Assembly (NCBI GenBank): GCA_964199315.1
Contig: OZ116702.1
Span: 5,084,001-5,148,000 of the forward strand
Length of the DNA: 64,000 nt
Direction of reading: 5' to 3'
From: Orbicella franksi
Lineage: Eukaryota
The notes beneath the pieces were generated by a model. That model saw only the letters and a list, made by a program, of their open reading frames with translations. It made no database searches and was not told where the DNA came from. The position numbers were made by a program, and so were the translations under genes. This document shows positions 10,883 to 25,300 of the stretch, piece by piece (position 1 is the stretch's first letter; every line of letters begins with the position of its first letter).

Positions 10883-13800
10883 CTGAGAAAAGAGAAATGA
10901 CAGGCTTAGAATTACTTTCGTTCATGCGGCGTCTGGTTGACAGAAGAGGAAGGAGAACATTTGTTTGGCGCGATAACAGAGTAAAGATTGGTTTCATCAT
11001 TCTTCGGCAGATGAGGAAGGGGAAATGTCTGGTTGGCAGCTGCGGAAGGGGGATGCTCGTCAAGGATTCTGGTGTCACTTAGGGTCTTCATAGGGAAATG
11101 CCACTATTTTATCTGTCAAAGTATCTCTTAGGGTGCACTTGTTTCCTTTTTTCGCCTCGATTTCCGCTGGTCTTCCGAGTTGGGTCCGAGTTCGAGTTCC
11201 AAACTAATAAAAGCTTATTGCAATTCCCTATTATTAAATAAATGGATAAACGTACATTTAAATTACTGAGCAGACGTGAATTTTTGAAAAGGTTAGTATT
11301 AATTTGATTTTAAGTCTACTGTTCGTTTCAGAATCTTTTTAAATTTGTGTTGTTTGGAAATCAGTCAAAACTTTCATTCAAGAGGTCAGTCACTACTAAT
11401 TAGTTGAAGGCTTGCTTTCGCAAGCAACGGAGCCGGAATCGTAATCACAAGCACAGAGCGATACGATCAAGTCAATGAAAATCAAACCAGCGGAATCGAG
11501 AGCAGAATACCGATTCCGCTTATGACTCCGGAGCCGCGAGCAAAATCCGAAGAATTTAATCGATCACAATGCTCGATTCCAAGCATCGTAGGTGGTTGGC
11601 TCTTGTACCTCTAAATGTAGTGTCATAGGATCATAAGCGACGGAGTCGAAGACAGATTGGCAAGAAAAGTTGAAAAGTTGTCCTGATTCTTCCGACTTCG
11701 ATTCCGTCGAACTTATATGAGTCCGTCGCTAGTGAAGACTAGCCTTTGATGAGTAAAATCGATATATAGTTGACAAACAACATATATTAAACTAACCCTC
11801 TGCGTAAGTAATTTTCTCAAGGTTCTTTAAATTCCCGCTTATCGGCCTTACATGTGAAATGATTTTTTTACACAACAAATTTCACTCATGTTTTTTAGGC
11901 AAAAGTTTATTGTCGGTTGTAGCATTGAATGGGTTCCGCGATAAAATTTGAAATCAGCTTTGGTTTTCCAGTCACTCGCTTTCCTGTAAAATTTCCATTC
12001 TCCATGTCTGCTCTGTACAGCTCTATTTCACACGGCAGGTTTCTTTAACCGAATAAGTTGGAAAAATTCCGTTACATTACTTGTTTGTTTGCCAGTTTTT
12101 TGTTTTTTTTTATGTTACGTCATTTGCACGAGCGCTTGCTTCAGCTTATACTGAGCGTACTTTGTATTCCTGATAAAAAAAACCTCTCCTATTTAGAAAA
12201 AAGCTAATTTAATACGAGCGACTTACCTCTACAGTTTTAAAGCTTCCTTTGTTCTTTTTTGAGGACTTTACGCTGTGAAAAAAACGCACGTTTGTCAAAT
12301 TGGTTTGGGTTTGGTTCGTGGTTGATTTTTATGGTTCCGAGCGCGAGGCTTTATTTTCATGTATTTTGTCTAGTTTTCCTCTTTCGTTCCATGATTCACT
12401 TTTCTTACGTTCATTGCCATCTGATCGTCATTTAGTGTCCTCTAACATGATTAATTTAAAATTCGTTTAACCGAAGACTCGACAATGTTTCACCTTTCAG
12501 TACAACAGTTTTTTTTCATCTGTCCTTGTGTTGTAGCACACGAGCGAAACTCGGATCCGTCTTTATGGCTAGAGATCAAATTTGTAAAGTTCGACTTACC
12601 TTGATCTTCCAGATACGTAGGTTGGCTGGAAGGCATTAGACCCTGAAGGTGGGCTGAGATCTGAGGGCGAGGATTCCGCGATAGTATTAACTAGACAACT
12701 GCCTTCAACGTTGGTACCGCTGTCACAAATGGCATCAGCCAATGTGGTGGGAGTGATTTCAATAGTCGCATTGTCAGGTGCAGCCTTGCATGATGTTGTT
12801 GACAGGCTTAGTTGAATAGGTGATGACGTTGGCAGTCTACTGTGACACTCCGAAGGCCCTGAAATAATGGCAGAGGATGGACCTGGAATACAGGACGGCA
12901 AATCATTCACGGTTTTTACACTTGAATTGGACTGGGCGTCCAGCGCTGAAGCTGACGAAGAGCTTTCCTGTCTGGCTGTGCTGTTCTGTTCGACAGATGA
13001 AGATGGAGTTGCAGGAGAAGTCTTTTCAGCAGATTGTAAGATAGATGAATTTTCAGCAGATAGCGGAGTTACCTTGTCGGCAGATTGCGGAAGAGTCCTC
13101 TGGTCAATAGACGATGAAGGTGTTGTCAGGTTTAGAGGTGTATTGTCACCAGATAACGAAATTGACGACGATATTTTGGCCGTTGACAAAGAGCATTTCT
13201 GAGAAAAGAGAAATGACAGGCTTAGAATTAGTTTCCTTCGTGCGGCGTCTGGTTGACATAAGAGGAAGGAGGACATTTCTTTGGCGCGATAACAGAGTAA
13301 AGATTGATTTCATCATTCTTCGGCAGATGAGGAAGGGGAAATGTCTGGTTGGCAGCTTCGGAAGGGGGGATGCTCGTCGTCTCGCTTTAGGGTATAAATC
13401 AAGGATTCTGGTCTCACTTAGGGTGTTATTGACGTAATGCAACTATTTTAGCTGTCAAAGTATCCTATAAGGTGCACTTATATCCCTTTTTCGCCTCGAT
13501 TTTCGCTGGTCTTCCGTGTTGGGTCCGAGTTCGAGTTCCAAAGTAATAAACTCTTATCGATTTCCCTATTGTCAAGTGAGTGGATAAACGTGCAGTGAAA
13601 TTAACAGACGCGTAAATGTTTGAGAAGGTTAGCGTTAATTTGATTTTGAGTCTACTGTTCGTTTCAGAATCTTTTTATGTTGTTTGGAAATCAGTCAAAA
13701 CTTTCATTCAAGAGATCAGTTACTACTAATCAGCTGAAGGCTTGTTTTCGCAAGCAACGGAGCCGGAATCGTAATCACAAGCACAGAGCGATACGATCAA

Positions 13801-16301
13801 GTCAATGAAAATCAAACCAGCGGAATCGAGAGCAGAATACCGATTCCGCTTATGACTCCGTCGCATACTATCTAGTACGAACTGCAGTTCCGGAGCCGCG
13901 AGCAAAATCCGAAGAATTTAACCGGTCACAATGCTCGATTCCAAGCATCGTAGGTGGTTAGTCTTTGTACCTCTAAATGTAGTTTCATAGGATCATAAGC
14001 GACGGAGTGGAAGTCAGATTGGCAAGAAAATGGAAAAGTTGTCCTGATTCTCCCGACTTCGATTCCGTCGAGCTTATATGAGTCCGTCGCTAGTGAGGAC
14101 TAGCCTTTGATGAGTAAAATCGATTTCTAGTTGACAAACAACATATATTAAACTAACCTTCTGCTTAAGTAATTATTTCAAGGTTCTTTAAATTTCCGCT
14201 TATCGGCCTTACATGTGAAATAATTTCATTTTACAAGAAATTTCACTCATGTTTTTTACGCAAAAGTTTATTGTCGGTTGTAGCTTCGAATGGGTTCCGC
14301 GATAAAATTTGAAATCAGCTTTGGTTTTCCAGTCAGTCGCTTTCCTGTAAAATTTCCTTTCTCCATGTCTGCTCTCTACAGCTCTATTTCACACGGCAGG
14401 TTTCTTTAACCAAATAAGCTGGAAAAATTCCATTCCATTACTTGTTTGTTTACCGGTTTTTATGTTACGTCATTTGCACGAGAGCTTGCTTAAGCTTATA
14501 CTGCGGCGAACTTTGCATTCCTGATAAAAAAACGCTCCTATTTAAAAAAAAGCTAATTTAATACGAGCGACTTACCTTTACAGTTTTAAAGCTTCTTTTG
14601 TTCCTTTTTGATGACTTTACGCTGTAAAAGAAACGCACGTTTGTCAAATTGATTTGGTTTTGGTTCGTCGTTGATTTTTATTGTTCCGAGCGCGAGGCTT
14701 TATTTTTATGTAGTTTGCCTCGTTTTCCTCTCTCGTTACACGATTCCTTTTTCTTACGTTCATTGCCATCTGATCATCTGTTAGTATCCTCTAACATGAA
14801 TAATTTAAAATTCGTTTAACCGAAGATTCGACAATTTTTCACCTTTCATGCCAGTGCAAAAGTTTTTTTTTCGTCTGTCCTAGTATTCTAGCACAAGAGC
14901 GAACATCTGTTTTTATGGCTAGAGATCAAATTTTCAAAGTTTGACTTACCTTGATCTTCCAGCTACGCAGGTTGGCTGGAAGGCGTAAGACCCTGAAGGT
15001 GGGCTTCGATCGGAAGGTGGGGATTCCGCGATAGTGTTAACTACACAGCTGCCTTCAACGTTGGTACCGCTGTCACAAATGGCATCAGCCAATGTGGTGG
15101 GAGTGGTTTCAATAGTCGCACTGCCAGGTGCAGCGTTGCATGATGTTGTTGACTGGCTTAGTTGAACAGGTAATGACGTTGGTTGTGTACTGTGACACTC
15201 CGAAGGCCCTAAAAGAATGGCAGGGGATAGGCCTGGAATACAGGACCGCACATCATTCACGGCTTTCACACTTGAATTAGACTGGGCGTCCAACGGTGAC
15301 GCTGACGAAGAGTTTTCCTTTCTGCCTGTACTGTTCTGTTCGGCACATGAAGAAGGAGTAGCAGGCGATGTCTTTTCAGCAGATTGTAAGATAGATGAAT
15401 TTTCAGCAGAGAGCGGAGTTGACTTGTCGACAGATTGCGGAAGAGTCCTCTGGTCAATAGACGAGGAAGGTGTTGCAAGGTTGGCAGTTGTGCTGTTGCC
15501 CGATATTTTCTCACAGGCATAAGACCCTAAAGGTGGGCTTGGATCGGAAGGCATGCATTCCGTGATAGTCTTAACTACACAGCTGCCTTCAACGTTGGTA
15601 CTGCTGTTACAAACGGCATCAGCTAAGGCTGTGGGAGTGATTTCAATAGTCGCACTGTCAGGGACGGCGTCGCATGATGCTGTTGCCTGGCTTAGTTGAA
15701 TAGGTGGACATCCGGTGGGAACCATGGCGTCATTAGGTGATGGCGTTGGCGGTCTACCGTGACACTCCGAAGGCCCTGAAATAATGGCAGAGGATAGGCC
15801 TGGAATACAGGACAGCAAATCATTCACGGTTTTCACACTTGAATTAGACTGGGCGTCCAACGGTGACGCTGACGAAGAGTTTTCCTGTCTGGCTGTGCTG
15901 TTCTGTTCGACAGATGAAGATGGAGTTGCAGGAGAAGTCTTTTCAGCAGATTGTAAGATAGATGAATTTTCAGCAGATAGCGGAGTTACCTTGTCGGCAG
16001 ATTGCGGAAGAGTCCTCTGGTCAATAGACGAGGAAGGTTTTGTCAGGTTTTGAGGTGTGTTGTCACCAGATGACGAAATTGACGACGATATTTTGGCCGT
16101 TGACAAAGAGCATTTCTGAGAAAAGAGAAATGACAGGCTTAGAATTAGTTTCCTTCATGCGGCGTCTCGTTGACAGAAGAGAAAGGAGGACATTTCTTTG
16201 GCGCGATAACAGAGTAAAGATTGGTTTCATCATTCTTCGGCAGATAAGGAAGGGGAAATGCCTGGTTGGCAGCTGCGGAAGGGGGATGCTCGTCATCTCG
16301 C

Positions 16302-16337
<36 letters not shown>

Positions 16338-19300
16338 ACACAAATATCTTAATTGACTACTCCCCCAATGGGGTTTTTCAGGGCCAATGAAATCAAATGA
16401 TGACGCTTTAGGGTATAAATCAAGGATTTTGGTCTCACTTAGGGTGTTATGGACGTAATGCAACTAGTTTAGCTGTATAAGTATCTTTTAAGGTGCACTT
16501 ATTTCCCTTTTTCGCCTCGATCTATGCTGGTCTTCCGTGTTGGGTCCGAGTTCGAGTTCCAAACTGATAAAAGCTTATTGCATTTCCCTATTGTCAAGTG
16601 AGTGGATAAACGTGCAGTGAAATTAACAGACGCGTAAATTTTTGAGAAGGTTAGTGTTAATTCGATTTTAAATCTACTGTTCGTTTCAGAATCTTTTTTA
16701 TGTCGTTTGGAAATCAGTCAAAACTTTCATTCAAGGGGTCAGTTACTACTAATCAGCTGAAGGCTTGTTTTCGCAAGCAACGGAGCTGGAATCGTAATCA
16801 AAAGCACAGAGCGATACGATCAAGTCAATGAAAATCAAACTAGCGGAATCGAGAGCAGAATACCGATTCCGCTTATGACTCCGTCGCATACTATCTAGTA
16901 AGAGCTACAGTTCGGGAGCCGCAAGCAAAATCCGAAGAATTTAACCTATCACAATGCTCGATTCTAACCATCGTAGGTGGTTAGTTCTTGTACCTCTAAA
17001 TGTAGTTTCATAGGATCATAAGCGACGGAGTCGAAGGCAGAATGGCAAGAAAATGGAAAAGTTGTCCTGATTCTTCCGGCTTGGATTCCGTCGAGCTTAT
17101 ATGAGTCCGTCGCTAGTGAAGACTAGCCTTTGATGAGCAAAATCGAATTCTAGTTGACGAGCAACGTATATTAAACTAACCTTCTGCTTAAGTAATTTTC
17201 TTCAAGGTTCTTGAACTTTCCGCTTATCGGCCTTACATGTGAAATAATTTCTTTCCACAAGAAAGTCCACTCATGTTTTTTACGCAAAAGCTTATTGTCG
17301 GTTGTGGCTTTGAATGGGTTCCGCGACAAAATTTGAAATCAGCTTTGGTTTTCCAGTCAGTCGCTTTCCTGTAAAATTTCCTTTTTCATGTCTGTTCTGT
17401 ACAGCTCTATTTCGCACAGTAGGTTTATTTAACCAAATAAATTGGAAAAAATCGATTACATTACTTGTTTGTTTGACGGTTTTCGTGTTACGTCATTTGC
17501 ACGAGCGCTTGCTTCAGCTTATACTGAGCATAATTTGCATTCCTGATAAAAAAAACTCTCCTATTAAAAAAAAAACCTAATTTAATACGAGCGACTTACC
17601 TTTACAGTTTTAAAGCTTCCTTTCTTCATTTTTGATGACTTTACGCTGTAAAAGAAAACGCACGTTGGTCAAATTGGTTTGGGTTTGGTTCGTGGTTGAT
17701 TTTTATGGTTCCAAACGCGAGGCATGTATTTTACCTAGTTTTCCTCTTTCGTTGCGCGATTCAGTTTTCTTGCGTTCATTGCCATCTCATCATCTGTTAG
17801 TGTCCTCTAACATGATTAATTTAAAATTCGTTTAACTGAAGACTCGACAACCTTTCACCTTTCAGTACAAAACGTTTTTTTTCGTCTGTCTTTGTGTTCT
17901 AGAACACGAGCGAACCTCTGTTTTGATGGCTAGAGATCACATTTTCAAAGTTCGACTTACCTTGATCTTCCAGATACGCAGGTTGTCTGGAAGGCAGAAG
18001 ACCCTAAAGGTGGGCCTAGATCGGAAGGCGGGGATTCCGTGATAGTCTTAACTACATAGCTGCCTTCAACGTTGGTACCGCTGTCACAAATGGCATCAGC
18101 CAATGTGGTGGGAGTGATTTCAACAGTCGCACTGTCAGGTGCAGCGTTGCATGATGCTGTTGACTGGCTTAGTTGAATAGATGGACATTTGGTGGGAACC
18201 ATTGCTTCATTAGGTGATGGCGTTGGTGGTCTACCGTGACACTCCGAAGGCCCTGAAATAATGGCAGAGGATGGGCCTGGAATACAGGACAGCAAATCAT
18301 TTACGGTTTTCACACTTGAATTGGACTGGGCGTCCAACGGTGACGCTGACGAAGAGCTTTCCTGTTCGGCTGTGCTGTTCTGTTCGACAGATGAAGAAGG
18401 AGTTGCAGGACAAGTCTTTTCAGCAGATCGTAAGATAGACGAATTTTCAGCAGATAGCATAGTTAACTTGTCGGCAGATTGCGGAAGAGTCTCCTGGTCA
18501 ATAGACGAGGAAGGTGTTTTCAGGTTTTCAGGTGTGTTGTTAGCAGATGACAGAATAGACCACGATTGTTTGGCAGTTGACAGAGAGCATTTCTGAGAAA
18601 AGAGAAATGACAGGCTTAGAATTAGTTTACTTCATGCGGCGTCTAGTTGACAGAAGAGGAAGGAGAACATTTGTTTGGCGCGATAACAGAGTAAAGATTG
18701 GTTTCATCATTCTTCGGCAGATGAGGAAGGGGAAATGTCTGGTTGGCAGCTGCGGAAGGGGGATGCTCGTCAAGGATTCTGGTGTCACTTAGGGTCTTCA
18801 TAGGGAAATGCCACTATTTTATCTGTCAAAGTATCTCTTAGGGTGCACTTGTTTCCGTTTTTCGCCTCGATTTCCGCTGGTCTTCCGAGTTAGGTCCGAG
18901 TTCGAGTTCCAAACTAATAAAAGCTTATTGCAATCCTTATTATTAAGTAAATGGATAAACGTACATTTAAATTACTGAGCAGACGTGAATTTTTGAAAAG
19001 GTTAGTATTAATTTGATTTTAAGTCTACTGTTCGTTTCAGAATCTTTTTAAATTTGTGTTGTTTGGAAATCAGTCAAAACTTTCATTCAAGAGGTCAGTC
19101 ACTACTAATTAGTTGAAGGCTTGCTTTCGCAAGCAACGGAGCCGGAATCGTAATCACAAGCACAGAGCGATACGATCAAGTCAATGAAAATCAAACCAGC
19201 GGAATCGAGAGCAGAATACCGATTCCGCTTATGACTCCGGAGCCGCGAGCAAAATCCGAAGAATTTAATCGATCACAATGCTCGATTCCAAGCATCGTAG

Positions 19301-22300
19301 GTGGTTGGCTCTTGTACCTCTAAATGTAGTGTCATAGGATCATAAGCGACGGAGTCGAAGACAGATTGGCAAGAAAAGTTGAAAAGTTGTCCTGATTCTT
19401 CCGACTTCGATTCCGTCGAACTTATATGAGTCCGTCGCTAGTGAAGACTAGCCTTTGATGAGTAAAATCGATATATAGTTGACAAACAACATATATTAAA
19501 CTAACCCTCTGCGTAAGTAATTTTCTCAAGGTTCTTTAAATTCCCGCTTATCGGCCTTACATGTGAAATGATTTTTTTACACAACAAATTTCACTCATGT
19601 TTTTTAGGCAAAAGTTTATTGTCGGTTGTAGCATTGAATGGGTTCCGCGATAAAATTTGAAATCAGCTTTGGTTTTCCAGTCACTCGCTTTCCTGTAAAA
19701 TTTCCATTCTCCATGTCTGCTCTGTACAGCTCTATTTCACACGGCAGGTTTCTTTAACCGAATAAGTTGGAAAAATTCCGTTACATTACTTGTTTGTTTG
19801 CCAGTTTTTTGTTTTTTTTTATGTTACGTCATTTGCACGAGCGCTTGCTTCAGCTTATACTGAGCGTACTTTGTATTCCTGATAAAAAAAAACCTCTCCT
19901 ATTTAGAAAAAAGCTAATTTAATACGAGCGACTTACCTCTACAGTTTTAAAGCTTCCTTTGTTCTTTTTTGAGGACTTTACGCTGTGAAAAAAACGCACG
20001 TTTGTCAAATTGGTTTGGGTTTGGTTCGTGGTTGATTTTTATGGTTCCGAGCGCGAGGCTTTATTTTCATGTATTTTGTCTAGTTTTCCTCTTTCGTTCC
20101 ATGATTCACTTTTCTTACGTTCATTGCCATCTGATCGTCATTTAGTGTCCTCTAACATGATTAATTTAAAATTCGTTTAACCGAAGACTCGACAATGTTT
20201 CACCTTTCAGTACAACAGTTTTTTTTTCGTCTGTCCTTGTGTTGTAGCACACGAGCGAAACTCGGATCCGTTTTTATGGCTAGAGATCAAATTTGTAAAG
20301 TTCGACTTACCTTGATCTTCCAGATACGTAGGTTGGCTGGAAGGCATTAGACCCTGAAGGTGGGCTGAGATCTGAGGGCGAGGATTCCGCGATAGTATTA
20401 ACTAGACAACTGCCTTCAACGTTGGTACCGCTGTCACAAATGGCATCAGCCAATGTGGTGGGAGTGATTTCAATAGTCGCATTGTCAGGTGCAGCCTTGC
20501 ATGATGTTGTTGACAGGCTTAGTTGAATAGGTGATGACGTTGGCAGTCTACTGTGACACTCCGAAGGCCCTGAAATAATGGCAGAGGATGGACCTGGAAT
20601 ACAGGACGGCAAATCATTCACGGTTTTTACACTTGAATTGGACTGGGCGTCCAGCGCTGAAGCTGACGAAGAGCTTTCCTGTCTGGCTGTGCTGTTCTGT
20701 TCGACAGATGAAGATGGAGTTGCAGGAGAAGTCTTTTCAGCAGATTGTAAGATAGATGAATTTTCAGCAGATAGCAGAGTTACCTTGTCGGCAGATTGCG
20801 GAAGAGTCCTCTGGTCAATAGACGATGAAGGTGTTGTCAGGTTTAGAGGTGTATTGTCACCAGATAACGAAATTGACGACGATATTTTGGCCGTTGACAA
20901 AGAGCATTTCTGAGAAAAGAGAAATGACAGGCTTAGAATTAGTTTCCTTCGTGCGGCGTCTGGTTGACATAAGAGGAAGGAGGACATTTCTTTGGCGCGA
21001 TAACAGAGTAAAGATTGATTTCATCATTCTTCGGCAGATGAGGAAGGGGAAATGCCTGGTTGGCAGCTTCGGAAGGGGGGATGCTCGTCGTCTCGCTTTA
21101 GGGTATAAATCAAGGATTCTGGTCTCACTTAGGGTGTTATTGACGTAATGCAACTATTTTAGCTGTCAAAGTATCCTATAAGGTGCACTTATATCCCTTT
21201 TTCGCCTCGATATTCGCTGGTCTTCCGCGTTGGGTCCGAGTTCGAGTTCCAAAGTAATAAACTCTTATCGATTTCCCTATTGTCAAGTGAGTGGATAAAC
21301 GTGCAGTGAAATTAACAGACGCGTAAATGTTTGAGAAGGTTAGTGTTAATTTGATTTTGAGTCTACTGTTCGTTTCAGAATCTTTTTATGTTGTTTGGAA
21401 ATCAGTCAAAACTTTCATTCAAGAGATCAGTTACTACTAATCAGCTGAAGGCTTGTTTTCGCAAGCAACGGAGCCGGAATCGTAATCACAAGCACAGAGC
21501 GATACGATCAAGTCAATGAAAATCAAACCAGCGGAATCGAAAGCAGAATACCGATTCCGCTTATGACTCCGTCGCATACTATCTAGTAAGAACTGCAGTT
21601 CCGGAGCCGCGAGCAAAATCCGAAGAATTTAACCAATCACAATGTTCGATTCCAGGCATCATAGGTGGTCAGTCTTTGTACCTCTAAATGTAGTTTCATA
21701 GGATCATAAGCGACGGAGTGGAAGTCAGATTGGCAAGAAAATGGAAAAGCTGTCCTGATTCTTCGACTTCGATTTCGTCGAGCTTATATGAGTCCGTCGC
21801 TAGTGAAGACTAGCCTTTGATGAGTAAAATCGATTTCTAGTTGACAAACAACATATATTAAACTAACCTTCTGCTTAAGTAATTATTTCAAGGTTCTTTA
21901 AATTTCCGCTTATCGGCCTTACATGTGAAATAATTTCATTTTACAAGAAATTTCACTCATGTTTTTTACGCAAAAGTTTATTGTCGGTTGTAGCTTCGAA
22001 TGGGTTCCGCGATAAAATTTGAAATCAGCTTTGGTTTTCCAGTCAGTCGCTTTCCTGTAAAATTTCCTTTCTCCATGTCTGCTCTCTACAGCTCTATTTC
22101 ACACGGCAGGTTTCTTTAACCAAATAAGCTGGAAAAATTCCATTCCATTACTTGTTTGTTTACCGGTTTTTATGTTACGTCATTTGCACGAGAGCTTGCT
22201 TAAGCTTATACTGCGGCGGACTTTGCATTCCTGATAAAAAAACGCTCCTATTTAAAAAAAAGTTAATTTAATACGAGCGACTTACCTTTACAGTTTTAAA

Positions 22301-25300
22301 GCTTCTTTTGTTCCTTTTTGATGACTTTACGCTGTAAAAGAAACGCACGTTTGTCAAATTGATTTGGTTTTGGTTCGTCGTTGATTTTTATTGTTCCGAG
22401 CGCGAGGCTTTATTTTTATGTAGTTTGCCTCGTTTTCCTCTCTCGTTACACGATTCCTTTTTCTTACGTTCATTGCCATCTGATCATCTGTTAGTATCCT
22501 CTAACATGATTAATTTAAAATTCGTTTAACCGAAGATTCGACAATGTTTCACCTTTCATGCCAGTACAAAAGTTTTTTTTTCGTCTGTCCTAGTATTCTA
22601 GCACAAGAGCGAACATCTGTTTTTATGGCTAGAGATCAAATTTTCAAAGTTTGACTTACCTTGATCTTCCAGCTACGCAGGTTGGCTGGAAGGCGTAAGA
22701 CCCTGAAGGTGGGCTTCGATCGGAAGGTGGGGATTCCGCGATAGTGTTAACTACACAGCTGCCTTCAACGTTGGTACCGCTGTCACAAATGGCATCAGCC
22801 AATGTGGTGGGAGTGGTTTCAATAGTCGCACTGCCAGGTGCAGCGTTGCATGATGTTGTTGACTGGCTGAGTTGAATCGGTGATGACGTTGGTTGTGTAC
22901 TGTGACACTCCGAAGGCCCTAAAAGAATGGCAGAGGATAGGCCTGGAATACAGGACCGCACATCATTCACGGCTTTCACACTTGAATTAGACTGGGCGTC
23001 CAACGGTGACGCTGACGAAGAGTTTTCCTTTCTGCCTGTGCTGGTCTCTTCGGCACATGAAGAAGGAGTAGCAGGCGATGTCTTTTCAGCAGATTGTAAG
23101 ATAGATGAATTTTCAGCAGAGAGCGGAGTTGACTTGTCGGCAGATTGCGGAAGAGTCCTCTGGTCAATAGACGAGGAAGGTGTTGCAAGGTTGGCAGGTG
23201 TGTTGTTGCCCGATATTTTCTCACAGGCATAAGACCCTAAAGGTAGGCTTGGATCGGAAGGCATGGATTCCGTGATAGTCTTAACTACACAGCTGCCTTC
23301 AACGTTGGTACTGCTGTTACAAACGGCATCAGCTAAGGCTGTGGGAGTGATTTCAATAGTTGCACTGTCAGGGACGGCGTCGCATGATGCTGTTGCGTGG
23401 CTTAGTTGAATAGGTGGACATCCGGTGGGAACCATGGCGTCATTAGGTGATGGCGTTGGCGGTCCACCGTGACACTCCGAAGGCCCTGAAATAATGGCAG
23501 AGGATAGGCCTGGAATACAGGACAGCAAATCATTCACGGTTTTCACACTTGAATTAGACTGGGCGTCCAACGGTGACGCTGACGAAGAGTTTTCCTGTCT
23601 GGCTGTGCTGTTCTGTTCGACAGATGAAGATGGAGTTGCAGGAGAAGTCTTTTCAGCAGATTGTAAGATAGATGAATTTTCAGCAGATAGCGGAGTTACC
23701 TTGTCGGCAGATTGCGGAAGAGTCCTCTGGTCAATAGACGAGGAAGGTTTTGTCAGGTTTTGAGGTGTGTTGTCACCAGATGACGAAATTGACGACGATA
23801 TTTTGGCCGTTGACAAAGAGCATTTCTGAGAAAAGAGAAATGACAGGCTTAGAATTAGTTTCCTTCATGCGGCGTCTCGTTGACATAAGAGGAAGGAGGA
23901 CATTTGTTTGGCGCGATAACAGAGTAAAGATTGGTTTCATCATTCTTCGGCAGATGAGGAAGGGGAAATGCCTGGTTGGCAGCTGCGGAAGGGGGATGCT
24001 CGTCATCTCGCTTAAATAAATAAATAAATAAATAAATAAACACAAATATCTTAATTGACTACTCCCCCAATGGGGTTTTTCAGGGCCAATGAAATCAAAT
24101 GATGACGCTTTAGGGTATAAATCAAGGATTTTGGTCTCACTTAGGGTGTTATGGACGTAATGCAACTAGTTTAGCTGTATAAGTATCTTTTAAGGTGCAC
24201 TTATTTCCCTTTTTCGCCTCGATCTATGCTGGTCTTCCGTGTTGGGTCCGAGTTCGAGTTCCAAACTGATAAAAGCTTATTGCATTTCCCTATTGTCAAG
24301 TGAGTGGATAAACGTGCAGTGAAATTAACAGACGCGTAAATTTTTGAGAAGGTTAGTGTTAATTCGATTTTAAATCTACTGTTCGTTTCAGAATCTTTTT
24401 TATGTCGTTTGGAAATCAGTCAAAACTTTCATTCAAGAGGTCAGTTACTACCAATCAGCTGAAGGCTTGTTTTCGCAAGCAACGGAGCCGGAATCGTAAT
24501 CACAAGCACAGAGCGATACTATCAAGTCAATGAAAATCAAACTAGCGGAATCGAGAGCAGAATACCGATTCCGCTTATGACTCCGTCGCATACTATTTAA
24601 TAAGAACTACAGTGCCGGAGCCGCGAGCAAAATACGAAGAATTTAACCGATCACAATGCTCGATTCCAAGCATCGTAGTTGTCTGCTTTGTACAGTTCTA
24701 TTTCACACGGCAGGTTTCTTTAACCAAATAAGTTGGAAAAATTCCATTACATGTTTGTGACTTGTTTGTTTGCCGGTTTTCATATTACGTCATTTCACGA
24801 GCGCTTGCTTCAGCTTATACTGAGCGTACTTTGCATTCCTGATAAAAAAAACTCTTCTATTTAAGAAAAAAAAGCTAATTTAATACGAGCGACTTACCTT
24901 TACAGTTTTAAAGCTTCCTTTGTTCTTTTTTGACGACTTTGCGCTGTAAATAAAAGGCACGTTTGTCAAATTAGTTTGGTTTTGGTTCGTGCGTGGTTGA
25001 TTTTTACGGTTCCGAGCGCAAGACTTTATTTTCATGTATTTTGCCTAGTTTTTCTCTCTCGTTGCACGATTCCTTTTTCTTACGTTCATTGCTAACTGAT
25101 CATTAGTGTCCTATAACATGAGTAATTTAGAATTCGTTTAACCGAAGATTCAACAATTTTTCACCTTTCAGTAGAAAAGTTTTTTTTCGTGTGTCGTTGT
25201 GTTCTAGCACACGAGCGAACTTCTGTTTTTATGGCTAAAGATCAAATTCTCAAAGTTCGACTCACTTTGATCTTCCAGATACGCAGGTTGGCTGGAAGGC

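Noticed and set aside
10883-11220. Coding-looking intronic stretch upstream of each macro-exon (DEHPPSAAANQTFPLPH...)
   Set aside because: Stops and indels differ between copies and no acceptor/donor pair is shared in a consistent phase. At most a decayed former exon extension.
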